A DNA stretch of 64,000 nucleotides, taken from positions 1 to 64,000 of IMG/VR virus record IMGVR_UViG_3300045921_000463; one strand, written 5' to 3'. The notes under the pieces were generated by a model that did not search any database, was not told the DNA's origin, and worked only from the letters and a program-made list of their open reading frames with translations. This stretch comes from a virus. Of this stretch, positions 17,956 to 27,312 are shown piece by piece. Numbering within the stretch: position 1 is the first letter of the stretch; every line of letters begins with the position of its first letter. The position numbers and the translations under genes were made by a program.

Positions 17956-18569
17956 GCGAATTGCGCAGCTTTGTCGAGAAAAGTGAAATCCCTTGGATTG
18001 GTTCGGCGAAAATCGACCGAGAGCTTCTCCCCGCGAACAAAAGCCGCGCAAAGTCTGGCTGCGTGAAAGGCGTCGGCTTCATCGTCATTTTTGGTTGTAA
18101 AGCCAAACCGCTGTGCAGCAAGGATTTTTAGCTGCTTTCCATTATAGCCGCGAGGAACGCGACCGTATCCTGTCGCGGCCTTGATAAGACCGTTTGGACT
18201 AACGGTCATGTAGGGAATTCTTAAACCATTACGCAAACTTCGCTTGACGATACCGACAAGTTCTGCCCGAACAAGAATCTTGCCTGCGAATCGCCCGACG
18301 GGGCCATAGTCTTCGATACAAGCGGCTATAACGGGGTATTGCGGATTGGAAAGGTCGGCAACGATGGTATCCACTACCGAATCTATACGACTTGTGTCGG
18401 CAGTATTTTTGGATGTGGTCGTTATGTGATAGTGAAAATCAGGATGACTTTCGTCCGGTTTCAAGGACATGAGATACACGCCAGTAGAGGTAAGGGATAT
18501 GTCCAGCCCTACGACATAGGGATAATCTTTTTCGAGCGCCGCCCGAAACAACTTGTCACAACTGAGCAT
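17952..18569 (-). CDS. ruvC: RuvC-like Holliday junction resolvase
   Basis: VVGLDISLTSTG, CIEDY, AELVGIVK, ATGYG, DDEADA. Confidence 0.85.
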   Translation of the reverse strand: MLSCDKLFRAALEKDYPYVVGLDISLTSTGVYLMSLKPDESHPDFHYHITTTSKNTADTSRIDSVVDTIVADLSNPQYPVIAACIEDYGPVGRFAGKILVRAELVGIVKRSLRNGLRIPYMTVSPNGLIKAATGYGRVPRGYNGKQLKILAAQRFGFTTKNDDEADAFHAARLCAAFVRGEKLSVDFRRTNPRDFTFLDKAAQFA

Positions 18570-19399
18570 CTTGCTGTCCTTGTATCCTTTACGCCTTTGC
18601 ATACCCTGTGCGGCAGCAGCCCGTTTTCTATACCAGCAACAACAGACCTGCAACGCTCTATTAAAGGCTGTATTCTTTTGGCTGGAAGGACCGCAGCTTC
18701 CAGTTCCTTGAACGGCAATTCGCTGTACATTCTTGAAACACTGCGGTCGATATATATGAACCTTACAAAATCGGCAGCATCGTAGCCGAGCTTTTTCAGA
18801 ATGTAATAGTATAAGCTTGCCTGAACATGGTGATCGCCAAGAGGTGCTTTCATGTCGGAAAAAACAATATCCTGACGATCTATGGTCTTTATTTCATAAA
18901 TGATGATCTTGCCGTTGTCCATGCGAAACAACAAATCAGGATGCCCCACGAGTCTTATATCTTCTACGCGAAGATCGACTTCACGATAACACATGTTGCT
19001 TTTTTCAGCGCCGCATTTTTCGCAGGCTGCCGGTCTGTAGCAAAAACTGTACCTATGCCCACACTTCTGACATTCCCAATCACCCCATACAAGATGACCG
19101 TATTCGACCGACGTTTCCATGAATCTCTTTATGACTACATGATCGCCTATCAGGTTTCCAGTATCCCAGAGCAGTCGCATCTTGGGGGGTACCGTACCTG
19201 TCGGAGCTACTCTGCGCTCAAAGTACCTCAGCACAAACTCCCTTGCACAGAACTTGTCCGCCGTTCCGTTTTTCAGAAGATCGGAAACATGGACATAAGG
19301 CATACCCCTGCCGGTGTTGTTTGTTCTTCCGTATACAACAGTGGGAGCATTCAACAAGGCAGCAACCGAACCTAGCGGCAGTTCATTGACCGGCATCAT
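18509..19399 (-). CDS. Cas4-like PD-(D/E)XK exonuclease with a zinc-ribbon insert
   Basis: HVSDL..FCAR, GHPD..IYEIKT, QASLY, three C-terminal Cys; extra CxxC..CxxC. Confidence 0.8.
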   Translation of the reverse strand: MMPVNELPLGSVAALLNAPTVVYGRTNNTGRGMPYVHVSDLLKNGTADKFCAREFVLRYFERRVAPTGTVPPKMRLLWDTGNLIGDHVVIKRFMETSVEYGHLVWGDWECQKCGHRYSFCYRPAACEKCGAEKSNMCYREVDLRVEDIRLVGHPDLLFRMDNGKIIIYEIKTIDRQDIVFSDMKAPLGDHHVQASLYYYILKKLGYDAADFVRFIYIDRSVSRMYSELPFKELEAAVLPAKRIQPLIERCRSVVAGIENGLLPHRVCKGVKDTRTARCSVVTSCFGRRSKKIIPMS

Positions 19400-19760
19400 T
19401 CAACAACCTTACCAGATCGTTTACGGGTATGCACGCCACTTCACCTTCGCTCTTTCCGGTTTGTCTGTCTATGAACTCGATAACAATAGCAGGAACCTCA
19501 TTGCAGGCCAAGCCTGCATTTACAATCTTGTCAATCATTTCACGAGTAACAGAAAAGGATTTGCGTGAAGTCGTCTTGTGTTCGATGCGAACAATGCCAA
19601 CTTTTCTCACATCGCCTTTTTCGATCTTGTTTCCGCTTCCGTTCACTTTTCTGCCACCAATGCGAACCGCAAGTTTCTTTTCATTGTTTTTGGATTGCCA
19701 ATAGGACTTGGGTTGAGACGCCTTGCGTTCAAGTCTTTTGATAAGCGGATTCTTGTTCAT
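19383..19760 (-). CDS. Hjc-like PD-(D/E)XK endonuclease
   Basis: GSGN..KGDV...IEHKTT..SFSV. Confidence 0.7.
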   Translation of the reverse strand: MNKNPLIKRLERKASQPKSYWQSKNNEKKLAVRIGGRKVNGSGNKIEKGDVRKVGIVRIEHKTTSRKSFSVTREMIDKIVNAGLACNEVPAIVIEFIDRQTGKSEGEVACIPVNDLVRLLNDAGQ

Positions 19761-20923
19761 TCCAAATTCCAGCGGCGGCGGTAGGCGTCTACGATATTGC
19801 TAATAACGCGGTTATAGACGGTCTGGTTTTCGATTGCCCATTCGGTAAGCTGCCCTGAGCCTCTGAATTTGGTCGAAACGCCGTCAATGCTAAAAGCCGA
19901 TGGGGAGCCGTGAATTACTCCTACCTTGAGCCCCGAGCTTACAACTGCCTTTGCTTGATCTACCCAACCCTCTAGCATACCGCTGTGTGGTGCACGAACA
20001 AGTCTGAACATGCCCTCTCTCAAGGGACCGCCTGTCTTGTTTTTTGTAATCTTGATCATATGTTCGTTATACAAAACGATGTCGTCGCCAACATCGTCCT
20101 TTCCGAAATGCTCCTTGTTCTTGATTTCGAGTTGCTGCGACATGAAAAACTCGATTGCCTTGCCACCCGGCAATGTTCTTGGGTCTCCAAACACAAGGCC
20201 GATTTTCATTCGAAACTGATTCAAGCACATATGGTGCACAAGATGATCACGCTTTCGTTCAGAAAGCAGTGCGTTCTGTGCCTTTCGCACATATTTGCCG
20301 ATAAGCCTTGCCTGCAAGCCCATGAATTCCTGCATTGCGCTTTCTTCGATTTCCTTCATGGGAACGAGCGCCGCGATGGAATCCGTGACAACCATTGAAA
20401 CTTCCTTGGCGCGGATCACACCATCACATATGTCGATTGCGTGTTCGCCGGATTCTGGTTCTGCAATAACTATACGAGAAAGATCGCACCCGAGTTTGCG
20501 TGCCCATGCCTTATCGAAAGTTCCCTCGGCATCTATAATTACAACAGCACTGTCTGGGTATTTGCGTTGAACACTTGCAATGCACAGACATGCCGTGGTT
20601 GACTTACCGGCGGAACGCTCGCCATAGACCATTGAGGCACGGCCCATGCTGAATCCGCCACCCAAGGTCAGATCAAGCGCAAGCACGCCTGTTTCGAGAC
20701 GTGGTGCTGTGAATTTCTTTGAATTCGCAATATGGAACGCTTCGCCGTAATCACCGGAATCCGTTATCTTTCGAACAAGTATTGCAAGTTCGGAGTCTGG
20801 TTTCTGCAAAATGGTTTCCGTCGGTATTTCTCGTTTCTTTACACGAGAGCTTGACACGGCAGAGGGGGCATCGCTGCCCCCTCCTGAATTCGCGGACATT
20901 GTATTTCGCCGCTTTATTGCCAT
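19757..20923 (-). CDS. recA: RecA recombinase
   Basis: YGERSAGKST, IDAEG, DSIAALVP, NQFRMKIG..FGDP..PGGKA. Confidence 0.95.
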   Translation of the reverse strand: MAIKRRNTMSANSGGGSDAPSAVSSSRVKKREIPTETILQKPDSELAILVRKITDSGDYGEAFHIANSKKFTAPRLETGVLALDLTLGGGFSMGRASMVYGERSAGKSTTACLCIASVQRKYPDSAVVIIDAEGTFDKAWARKLGCDLSRIVIAEPESGEHAIDICDGVIRAKEVSMVVTDSIAALVPMKEIEESAMQEFMGLQARLIGKYVRKAQNALLSERKRDHLVHHMCLNQFRMKIGLVFGDPRTLPGGKAIEFFMSQQLEIKNKEHFGKDDVGDDIVLYNEHMIKITKNKTGGPLREGMFRLVRAPHSGMLEGWVDQAKAVVSSGLKVGVIHGSPSAFSIDGVSTKFRGSGQLTEWAIENQTVYNRVISNIVDAYRRRWNLE

Positions 20924-20929
20924 AACAGG

Positions 20930-21790
20930 TTATTCCTCGCTGGCTTCTTCCTGAAATTTCAGAATGGCATTGATGTAGGCTGTTTTCTTTGCCTTAAGGT
21001 CAGCGCCCTTTTTCATGGTAACTTCGACTTCCCACGCTTCGGCAATTTCTTGAAGTTCGGAAAGTTTCATCCCCTTAAGTTCTTCCTCGGTGTAAGGCTC
21101 GTCTTGCTCGTCGTCGGACTCGTCGTCGGATTCCTCATCTTCGGATTCCTCATCTTCGGATTCCTCATCTTCGGATTCCTCGTCTTCGGATTCCTCATCT
21201 TCGGATTCCTCGTCTTCGGACTCGTCGTCTTCGAACAACGCCGCGAGAACAGCTTCTCGCAGTTCCTTGATGCCAAGTTTCGAGTCCACATCAAGATCGT
21301 ATTCCTTGATGAGTGCACGAAGTTCCGGCGCTTTCATTGCGGCAACGTCATCGTAGGTGAGTTCGTCCGACTCTTCGGATTCCTCGGAATCGTCCGATTC
21401 GTCGGCATCTTCGGCATGGGCCTTTGCCTTGGTTTCTTCCAGTTTCTTGCCAAAGTCGGTTTCGATTTCGGCTTTCCCCTCATCGGGATCGGAATAGGAA
21501 TCGAAAACAGAACCGGCAACCGAAGTGATGCGAGCCGTCAACCAATCGCTGATCGCAGCGTCGAGTTTGGTCTTGTATTCGTCTGCCTGATCAACAGGAA
21601 CGTTATGAAATTCCTGTCCGACAGACACAAAAACCTCGTCTCCGACTTCGGAACGCTGTTTTACCGACACGGTTTGCTTGATCACCGTGAAAACCGGCAC
21701 GGTAGCCTTGTCGTTCGTAATGGTCATTTGCGCATCACCCTCACTGGTCTTTTGAATTTGGGGCGGTCGCCCTGCTTTCCTGATAGCCAT
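20930..21790 (-). CDS. highly acidic protein with two HeH/Rho_N-like motifs
   Basis: MKAPELRALIKEY and MKLSELQEIAEAW motifs separated by EDEES repeats. Confidence 0.75.
   Translation of the reverse strand: MAIRKAGRPPQIQKTSEGDAQMTITNDKATVPVFTVIKQTVSVKQRSEVGDEVFVSVGQEFHNVPVDQADEYKTKLDAAISDWLTARITSVAGSVFDSYSDPDEGKAEIETDFGKKLEETKAKAHAEDADESDDSEESEESDELTYDDVAAMKAPELRALIKEYDLDVDSKLGIKELREAVLAALFEDDESEDEESEDEESEDEESEDEESEDEESEDEESDDESDDEQDEPYTEEELKGMKLSELQEIAEAWEVEVTMKKGADLKAKKTAYINAILKFQEEASEE
21126..21230. repeat. 15-bp tandem repeat encoding (EDEES)n
   Basis: TCGGATTCCTCRTCT x6 plus one degenerate copy. Confidence 0.9.
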
Positions 21791-22350
21791 TGTGCTGTAG
21801 TCTCCCATTGCTGACGAAGTTGACGGATTGTACTGTAAAGCTTTTCCTTCGTATCGAAGTGGTCTTTTCTGTAGTAGGCGAAACGTCGTTTGTGGTCGCC
21901 GATGATTGTAAGGATAGCCCGAACTTCTTCAAGATGATAGACAAGCAACTCTTTCTTGCTGATTCTTGTAAGAAGCACAGGTGACGGAATGATGGCGTCA
22001 TCGCCCGAAGTCTGTCGCCAGAACGTCTGCAAACTCACTTGCAGCAGTTCTGCAACCTTTGTCTTTGTAAAGCACGGAGCCTTGAATACCCGTCCTTTAT
22101 ATTCGACTTCCATGATTTCAGCCATGGTCGCAAAATAGCTAAGCGACCGCATCGGATTGACGATTTCGAAATCCTTTGCCTTTTTCTTGCGATAATAGGC
22201 TCGCTGGTTTTCTAGGTGTTTCTGGCGAAACTCTGGATCAGTCCGGTAGCGTTCCGTACTACGATTTACGCCAATGGATTTTGCCTTTTTTTCTGTATTC
22301 TTGGACAACCGCTTGATAGCTTTTTTCGGCGGTTTGCGAATATTACGCAT
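21724..22350 (-). CDS. putative MerR-like HTH protein
   Basis: FTKTKVAELLQVSLQTFWR...IIPSP...VYHLEEV; AGGAG RBS before MRNIRK. Confidence 0.6.
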   Translation of the reverse strand: MRNIRKPPKKAIKRLSKNTEKKAKSIGVNRSTERYRTDPEFRQKHLENQRAYYRKKKAKDFEIVNPMRSLSYFATMAEIMEVEYKGRVFKAPCFTKTKVAELLQVSLQTFWRQTSGDDAIIPSPVLLTRISKKELLVYHLEEVRAILTIIGDHKRRFAYYRKDHFDTKEKLYSTIRQLRQQWETTAQWLSGKQGDRPKFKRPVRVMRK

Positions 22351-24019
22351 TATCCGTGCTCCTGTAAGTGCTGCCACTTATGTAAGTGATCGTTGCTTTA
22401 GCATTTAGCAGAGATTTCTCCCGAGCAGAAGCTTTTTTATCAAAAAAATGATTCATTGCTTGAGCGATCTTGATTTGCTTGTCCCAATCGGATGAAAAGC
22501 CCTTTCTAGGTGGCATAACGAAACGATCATGAATCGCATACCATTCCGGTTGAGGCTTGTAAAAACCGTCTGCGCTGCGCAGGGTTCGCCCAAGGGGCTG
22601 TGTTATGTTTCCATATGGTGTAGCTTCAACGCCCATGTCGATTCTCGGATAGTCCACGCCTTTGGCGAATATTTTATAGGTAGCCAGTATAATATTGCAA
22701 AAATTTGCGATAGTGTCAAGAGCTTCCTGAGAAGCCTTTACTGTATTGCGAACGACAGAGAAAGAGACGGGCATTCCTTGTCTCAGATTTTTTTTAAGGG
22801 CGAAAGGCAGAATGTCGGCGATGTCCTTGTAGTCGCCGCTATCGAGCAACATGGCTATTCTGTTAGCTTCTGCGTTCGTAACCGCAAGATCGAGACGCTG
22901 CTGTGTCTTTCCATAGCTGTACGAGACCGTGAAGGTTTGAGCGTCATATTCGGCAACATGCAAACCTACGCGATCTGGCTCAACGCCCATCGACAACAAG
23001 ATATGCTGAATGGCTTGAAGTTGCGCAACCCTGTCTGACAATACCAGACACACACGGTTTCGCTTGTAACCGTGTTCGAATATGATGTTCGCCACGAGTT
23101 TGTTACGTCTTTTGTCGCTTGCCAGCGAATTGATCAACGTCCCGTCGCTGTAAACGTTGTACAAGGTATCTAGACGGTTTCTGACGATAAACGCCTTGGG
23201 CTTTAGAACTTCCTGTCTGGATACGACAGCCGGGGTTCCCAGATAATCGTTTACAAGTGTGCCGAACCGGCCCTTCTTGTTGGTTGCTGTCATTCCCACA
23301 AGCACTCTGGCCTTGAACATGCCGAGCGCCTTGTGGTAGCGGCTGCCGAAAATCTGAACCTCATCGTATACGACAAGGCCGAAATGACTATACAAACCTT
23401 CTGGATATTTTCTGGACATCAGGGATTGAACCATGGCGATGCAGAACGGCTTGTCGTTATAGTTGCATGAATCCTGTTGTATGCGACCTACGTTTCTGCT
23501 GGTCCATTCCCTTCCGAAGAACTTGGTGAAGTTGCGAAGAAAGCCAGCCGCGATCTTGTTGCTGTCAACGACTATGAGGGTCGGCGTATCCAGCATTATG
23601 CCGAGGTTGATAGCGGCTAGACTTTTGCCCGAACCGGTCTGCGCGTTAGCCAATATCTGCCTAGGTCCGCGTTCTCTTGCCTGGATATGTATACCACGAA
23701 AGAAGGTTGACTGCGCGTTGTCACGCGGAGGTATCGGCTTGATGTCCATGTTGGCGCGAGGAAACACTGTCCTGTCATCAAAGAAAGACACTCCAAACCT
23801 GTTGAACGCCCAAGATCGGGGAACACCCACGTAATCGCCTTTGTAAACAAAGGCACGAAGGACTACTGTTTCTTGTTCCTTGTGTCCCCATATTGCTCTG
23901 TACTCAGCGGAAGTTCTGACTATATCAGGAATGCTTTGTCTGTATGTCAATTCGGAACGCATACCCTTGGTAAAGGATAGGCGCGGAATGAATGCAAGGT
24001 TTGAAACACGGGCTTTCAT
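22343..24019 (-). CDS. SF2 (DExx) helicase
   Basis: AQTGSGKS, YDEVQ, GMTAT, KGVDYPRID, QPLGRTLR. Confidence 0.88.
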   Translation of the reverse strand: MKARVSNLAFIPRLSFTKGMRSELTYRQSIPDIVRTSAEYRAIWGHKEQETVVLRAFVYKGDYVGVPRSWAFNRFGVSFFDDRTVFPRANMDIKPIPPRDNAQSTFFRGIHIQARERGPRQILANAQTGSGKSLAAINLGIMLDTPTLIVVDSNKIAAGFLRNFTKFFGREWTSRNVGRIQQDSCNYNDKPFCIAMVQSLMSRKYPEGLYSHFGLVVYDEVQIFGSRYHKALGMFKARVLVGMTATNKKGRFGTLVNDYLGTPAVVSRQEVLKPKAFIVRNRLDTLYNVYSDGTLINSLASDKRRNKLVANIIFEHGYKRNRVCLVLSDRVAQLQAIQHILLSMGVEPDRVGLHVAEYDAQTFTVSYSYGKTQQRLDLAVTNAEANRIAMLLDSGDYKDIADILPFALKKNLRQGMPVSFSVVRNTVKASQEALDTIANFCNIILATYKIFAKGVDYPRIDMGVEATPYGNITQPLGRTLRSADGFYKPQPEWYAIHDRFVMPPRKGFSSDWDKQIKIAQAMNHFFDKKASAREKSLLNAKATITYISGSTYRSTDNA

Positions 24020-24037
24020 TTACAGCCTTCGAAGATT

Positions 24038-24061
24038 GCAGCGGCGCACATACGCCGCTGC
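24038..24061. terminator. Hairpin GCAGCGGCG/CGCCGCTGC after ssb
   Basis: 9-bp stem abutting the TGTAAC-GCT-GTTATA motif; weak U-tract. Confidence 0.5.
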
Positions 24062-24080
24062 TGTAACGCTGTTATAGGGC

Positions 24081-24902
24081 TTAGCCCCAATTTATACCGT
24101 CTTCCTCGTCGTCGAAACCGCCGGACTGTTCGGCAAGAAGCTTGTTGCCGCCGTACCTTTCGATCAATTCCTGTGCAGTCGGCGTCGGGAAAATCTTGAA
24201 GTAGTCCGGCGGGCTCAGAAGTTCCTGCTTGCCGCGAACGAGTTTTTGAATCGTTTCTTCGGAAACCAGCCTATCCTTGAATTCGATGTCCTCGCCGATT
24301 GATGCTTCCTTTGCACCATGACGACGATGAATCGCAACAAGGCCACGGAAAGTTCCGTGCTTCTTCCATTGCCTTTCGAACTTGGCAATGTTTCTGGACT
24401 TGATCGGGATCAGTTTCTTGCTCAATTTGACGAGCTGACCTTCACGGTTTCGATAAGGTCTCTTGTCTAGAGCCGTGAGCATGAGCGTGTAGGTTCCTTC
24501 CTTGCCGAGCATCTTGCACAGCGGGCAGATTTCGCCTGTGTCCGCAATACATACCTCATCGTCGAAACCGCCGCGCGGATTCTTGATCGTGTGAAGTCGC
24601 ACAAAGAAAGGTTGCTGGTCCAGATACAGCAATTCTACCGTGTTGTTGCCCTTGCTGATGTCTCCTTGTGTAATACGAAACGCGAAAGGCTTTTCTCTGC
24701 GCCGTTCGTATTCTTCCTGCTGACGTTTTTGCTGACGATTTGCAATGGCAAAACCGGCCTCGCCTGTGATTGCTGCCGACTTTGCCTTGCTGGTTTCGTC
24801 TTCGATAAGAGTGGAGATATGGCTTGCTCTGGAAGACGGTTTGGTAGCGGAGGTTTCGACTCTCTTGGGCTTTTGCGATTTTACGGGTCTCTTGATTACC
24901 AT
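24081..24902 (-). CDS. single-stranded DNA-binding protein (gp32-like, Zn-binding)
   Basis: H...C....CPLC, location in the replication block, acidic aromatic C-tail DDEEDGINWG. Confidence 0.7.
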   Translation of the reverse strand: MVIKRPVKSQKPKRVETSATKPSSRASHISTLIEDETSKAKSAAITGEAGFAIANRQQKRQQEEYERRREKPFAFRITQGDISKGNNTVELLYLDQQPFFVRLHTIKNPRGGFDDEVCIADTGEICPLCKMLGKEGTYTLMLTALDKRPYRNREGQLVKLSKKLIPIKSRNIAKFERQWKKHGTFRGLVAIHRRHGAKEASIGEDIEFKDRLVSEETIQKLVRGKQELLSPPDYFKIFPTPTAQELIERYGGNKLLAEQSGGFDDEEDGINWG

Positions 24903-24975
24903 GCTTCTGGCCTTTCGACGATTTTGGTTCCAGCGGGTTTGTGCGTTTGCAGCTTGTCCATGTGTGGACGAGGAT

Positions 24976-25004
24976 AAATTAGCATGTCGAATAATGTATG
25001 TCAA
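24976..25004 (-). promoter_or_regulatory. Sigma70-type promoter
   Basis: TTGACA-N17-TAATTT with TGn, upstream of ssb. Confidence 0.6.
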
Positions 25005-25018
25005 AGATTTTTTGCTTC

Positions 25019-26116
25019 CTAAAACGGAATGTTATCGCTGTTCTTCCTGTACTCTGGAAGGAAAAACAAGCCGCGATAAAGCCATGAACTGGAAATCGCA
25101 TGTCGTATTTCATGTATTGTAAGGCTATCCGGGTCTTTTCTGTTATCCGAGATTGCGCTTTTTGGGTATCTGGCGATCCAGACCGGAACGTGTGAGAACA
25201 AACGCTCGGCCCATGAAAGGTATGTGTTTTCCCTGAGACCTGTCTGGATGTTTATATTTCCGAATGTAGCTGCATCGCCAGCCGCGTCGTTATCCAGAAA
25301 AAGCGTTACCGGTCGATTAAGTCTTATCAGATAGTTCACCTTGTGATCCGTTACTGCTGTTCCAAGAATAGCATGTGTGCCTCGATAGCCTGCCTGCTGA
25401 CAGCGTGCATAGTCGAAAGGTCCCTCGACAAGAATGATTCGAGAATTTCCGGGCTTTCTTTTCCAGCGCGGATTGAACAAGAACAATCTGTCTTTCTGGA
25501 GACCGCCGTAGTCACGGCTTTTGGGATTCGCGCTGCTGCTTTTGCCTATGTAGCGGTCGGACATTACAGACCTGCCTGTAAATCCGCAAAGCTGCAAATT
25601 TTCGTCATATACGGGAAAAAGTACTCGTTGCTGGTTTTCGTCAAAGCGCAAACCAAGCCTCACGGCATCTAAAGGACTGTATCCGCGTTTCTTCAAGTAC
25701 GGGTGAAGCGCCACGCCACCAAAGGATGGCATATTGAGCAATTTCGCATTGTCTTCCTTGGACTCATTTACAATTCCTGTATCGTCATCCCATTCCGGTA
25801 CCGGCGATGTTTCGGATTCTTCGAACTCGGCCCGCTCGGCCCACGCAACAAGTTCGGAATAATCTGCCCCACGCAATTTTCCAAGCCTTGCTGGCAAAAG
25901 TGCCAGCGATCCTTTGGAGCCGCATGAGAAACACTTGTAGTGTGAGCGGCGATTGCCACTCGCAAGAACCCCAAACGACGGATGGTTATCAACTCTGTTT
26001 TTATGGTACCAAGGCGCAAACGGGCACTGATAGTTATACCAACTTCCAGATACCTGCCTTGGTTTTAGCGGTACACCAAGTTTTGAAAGTAATGCCTCAG
26101 CGGTTTCTATCTTCAT
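25019..26116 (-). CDS. dnaG: DNA primase (Zn finger + TOPRIM)
   Basis: CPF..H..D.HPS, CFSCG, LVEGPFD, FLDNDAAG, KDPD. Confidence 0.92.
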   Translation of the reverse strand: MKIETAEALLSKLGVPLKPRQVSGSWYNYQCPFAPWYHKNRVDNHPSFGVLASGNRRSHYKCFSCGSKGSLALLPARLGKLRGADYSELVAWAERAEFEESETSPVPEWDDDTGIVNESKEDNAKLLNMPSFGGVALHPYLKKRGYSPLDAVRLGLRFDENQQRVLFPVYDENLQLCGFTGRSVMSDRYIGKSSSANPKSRDYGGLQKDRLFLFNPRWKRKPGNSRIILVEGPFDYARCQQAGYRGTHAILGTAVTDHKVNYLIRLNRPVTLFLDNDAAGDAATFGNINIQTGLRENTYLSWAERLFSHVPVWIARYPKSAISDNRKDPDSLTIHEIRHAISSSWLYRGLFFLPEYRKNSDNIPF

Positions 26117-26128
26117 CCATATAACGGG

Positions 26129-26770
26129 TTATAGCATGTTGGGGAAGTGTTTTGCGAGTTCCTTGCGTATCGCTTCTGCAACTTCGACATGTTCAAGCTG
26201 CGTACCGTTTCCCTCTCGAACTTCAAGATAATGTATCCACGAGCGCAAGCTTCCTGCCATGTAAAGGCGGCTCATGGTCAATCCTTCTGGAAGTATTGTA
26301 CGAGCAGTTTCCTTTGCTACATCTAACCTGAGCGCATTGGAATAAACAAAATCAACATAACGAACAAGTATCGAAACAAGGATTTTCCACAGACGTTTTT
26401 TCCATTTCGGAAGATCATCTATGCTGTTTTGCCTGTTTTTGTGATCCTGTCGTCTTATGTTTCGTTCACAGAACGTGGTTGCGGACGCATACCGCTGGGA
26501 GAACTCCTGAAACGAAAAACTTCTGTGTCTCAGTATCTGTCGCGCTATGTCGCGCGGACATTCTATTTCTACAACAGCGTGAACCATTTCGAAAGGGGAC
26601 CAGTGCCCTTCTTTCACAAGGTAATCGAGCAGTTTTCCGCCAGTGTGATGGTGGTTTTGATTCTTTGGGTTGGAAACGCGAGCACAATACGCAACAAGAG
26701 CTTCCGGCTCCGGCGGAATACCGGAAGATTCAAGCGGCATGGTAACTGCTACAACGCGAACCCTTGTCAT
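26129..26770 (-). CDS. thyX: FAD-dependent thymidylate synthase
   Basis: ARVSNP, HWSPFEM, RQILRHRSFSFQEFSQRY, GSLRSWIHY. Confidence 0.97.
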   Translation of the reverse strand: MTRVRVVAVTMPLESSGIPPEPEALVAYCARVSNPKNQNHHHTGGKLLDYLVKEGHWSPFEMVHAVVEIECPRDIARQILRHRSFSFQEFSQRYASATTFCERNIRRQDHKNRQNSIDDLPKWKKRLWKILVSILVRYVDFVYSNALRLDVAKETARTILPEGLTMSRLYMAGSLRSWIHYLEVREGNGTQLEHVEVAEAIRKELAKHFPNML

Positions 26771-27312
26771 TGATCGCTTCTTTTGATCCTGATCTTGCGA
26801 CTGACAACAGATGGAGTCTTTGCAGAAACCGTTTTGTCGAGGGAACGCCGCGTCTTGCGCTTTATGTCGGTAGCCTGCGGAACCACGATGAACTCGTCAT
26901 TTGAGTTCTCAAGATCGAGTTCCTTGATGCGGATGTTGTAGTTGTCGCCCTTGACCGGCGTTTCCAATAACAGGGTTACATCGGAACCGAGAATATTGGT
27001 AACGTCAGTCTTGCTGACGCGAATGCAGCGAAGGAACTGGTCTTCCGTGATTTCGCCGCCTTTCAACTTGGCGTACAGATCGGCAGGGTTGATGATGCTC
27101 GACTCCGCTGCATCGTAGGTAATCTCGTGACCGTTGGTGCGTATGGTTGTACCAAGCGTCCATTCGTTGGACTGAATCCTGTTCTTGAAGATGTTGCGAA
27201 TTTCCGTGGAAAGACGATTGAAAGCGTTGGTGTGCTCCTTTTTCAGGCTATGCTGTTCAAGAAGCTTTACGAGAGCGGTTTTCAATTCGTTCGGAAGGGG
27301 CAACCTTGGCAT
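26767..27312 (-). CDS. hypothetical protein
   Basis: 181-aa ORF, ATGA-coupled to thyX. Confidence 0.75.
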   Translation of the reverse strand: MPRLPLPNELKTALVKLLEQHSLKKEHTNAFNRLSTEIRNIFKNRIQSNEWTLGTTIRTNGHEITYDAAESSIINPADLYAKLKGGEITEDQFLRCIRVSKTDVTNILGSDVTLLLETPVKGDNYNIRIKELDLENSNDEFIVVPQATDIKRKTRRSLDKTVSAKTPSVVSRKIRIKRSDQ

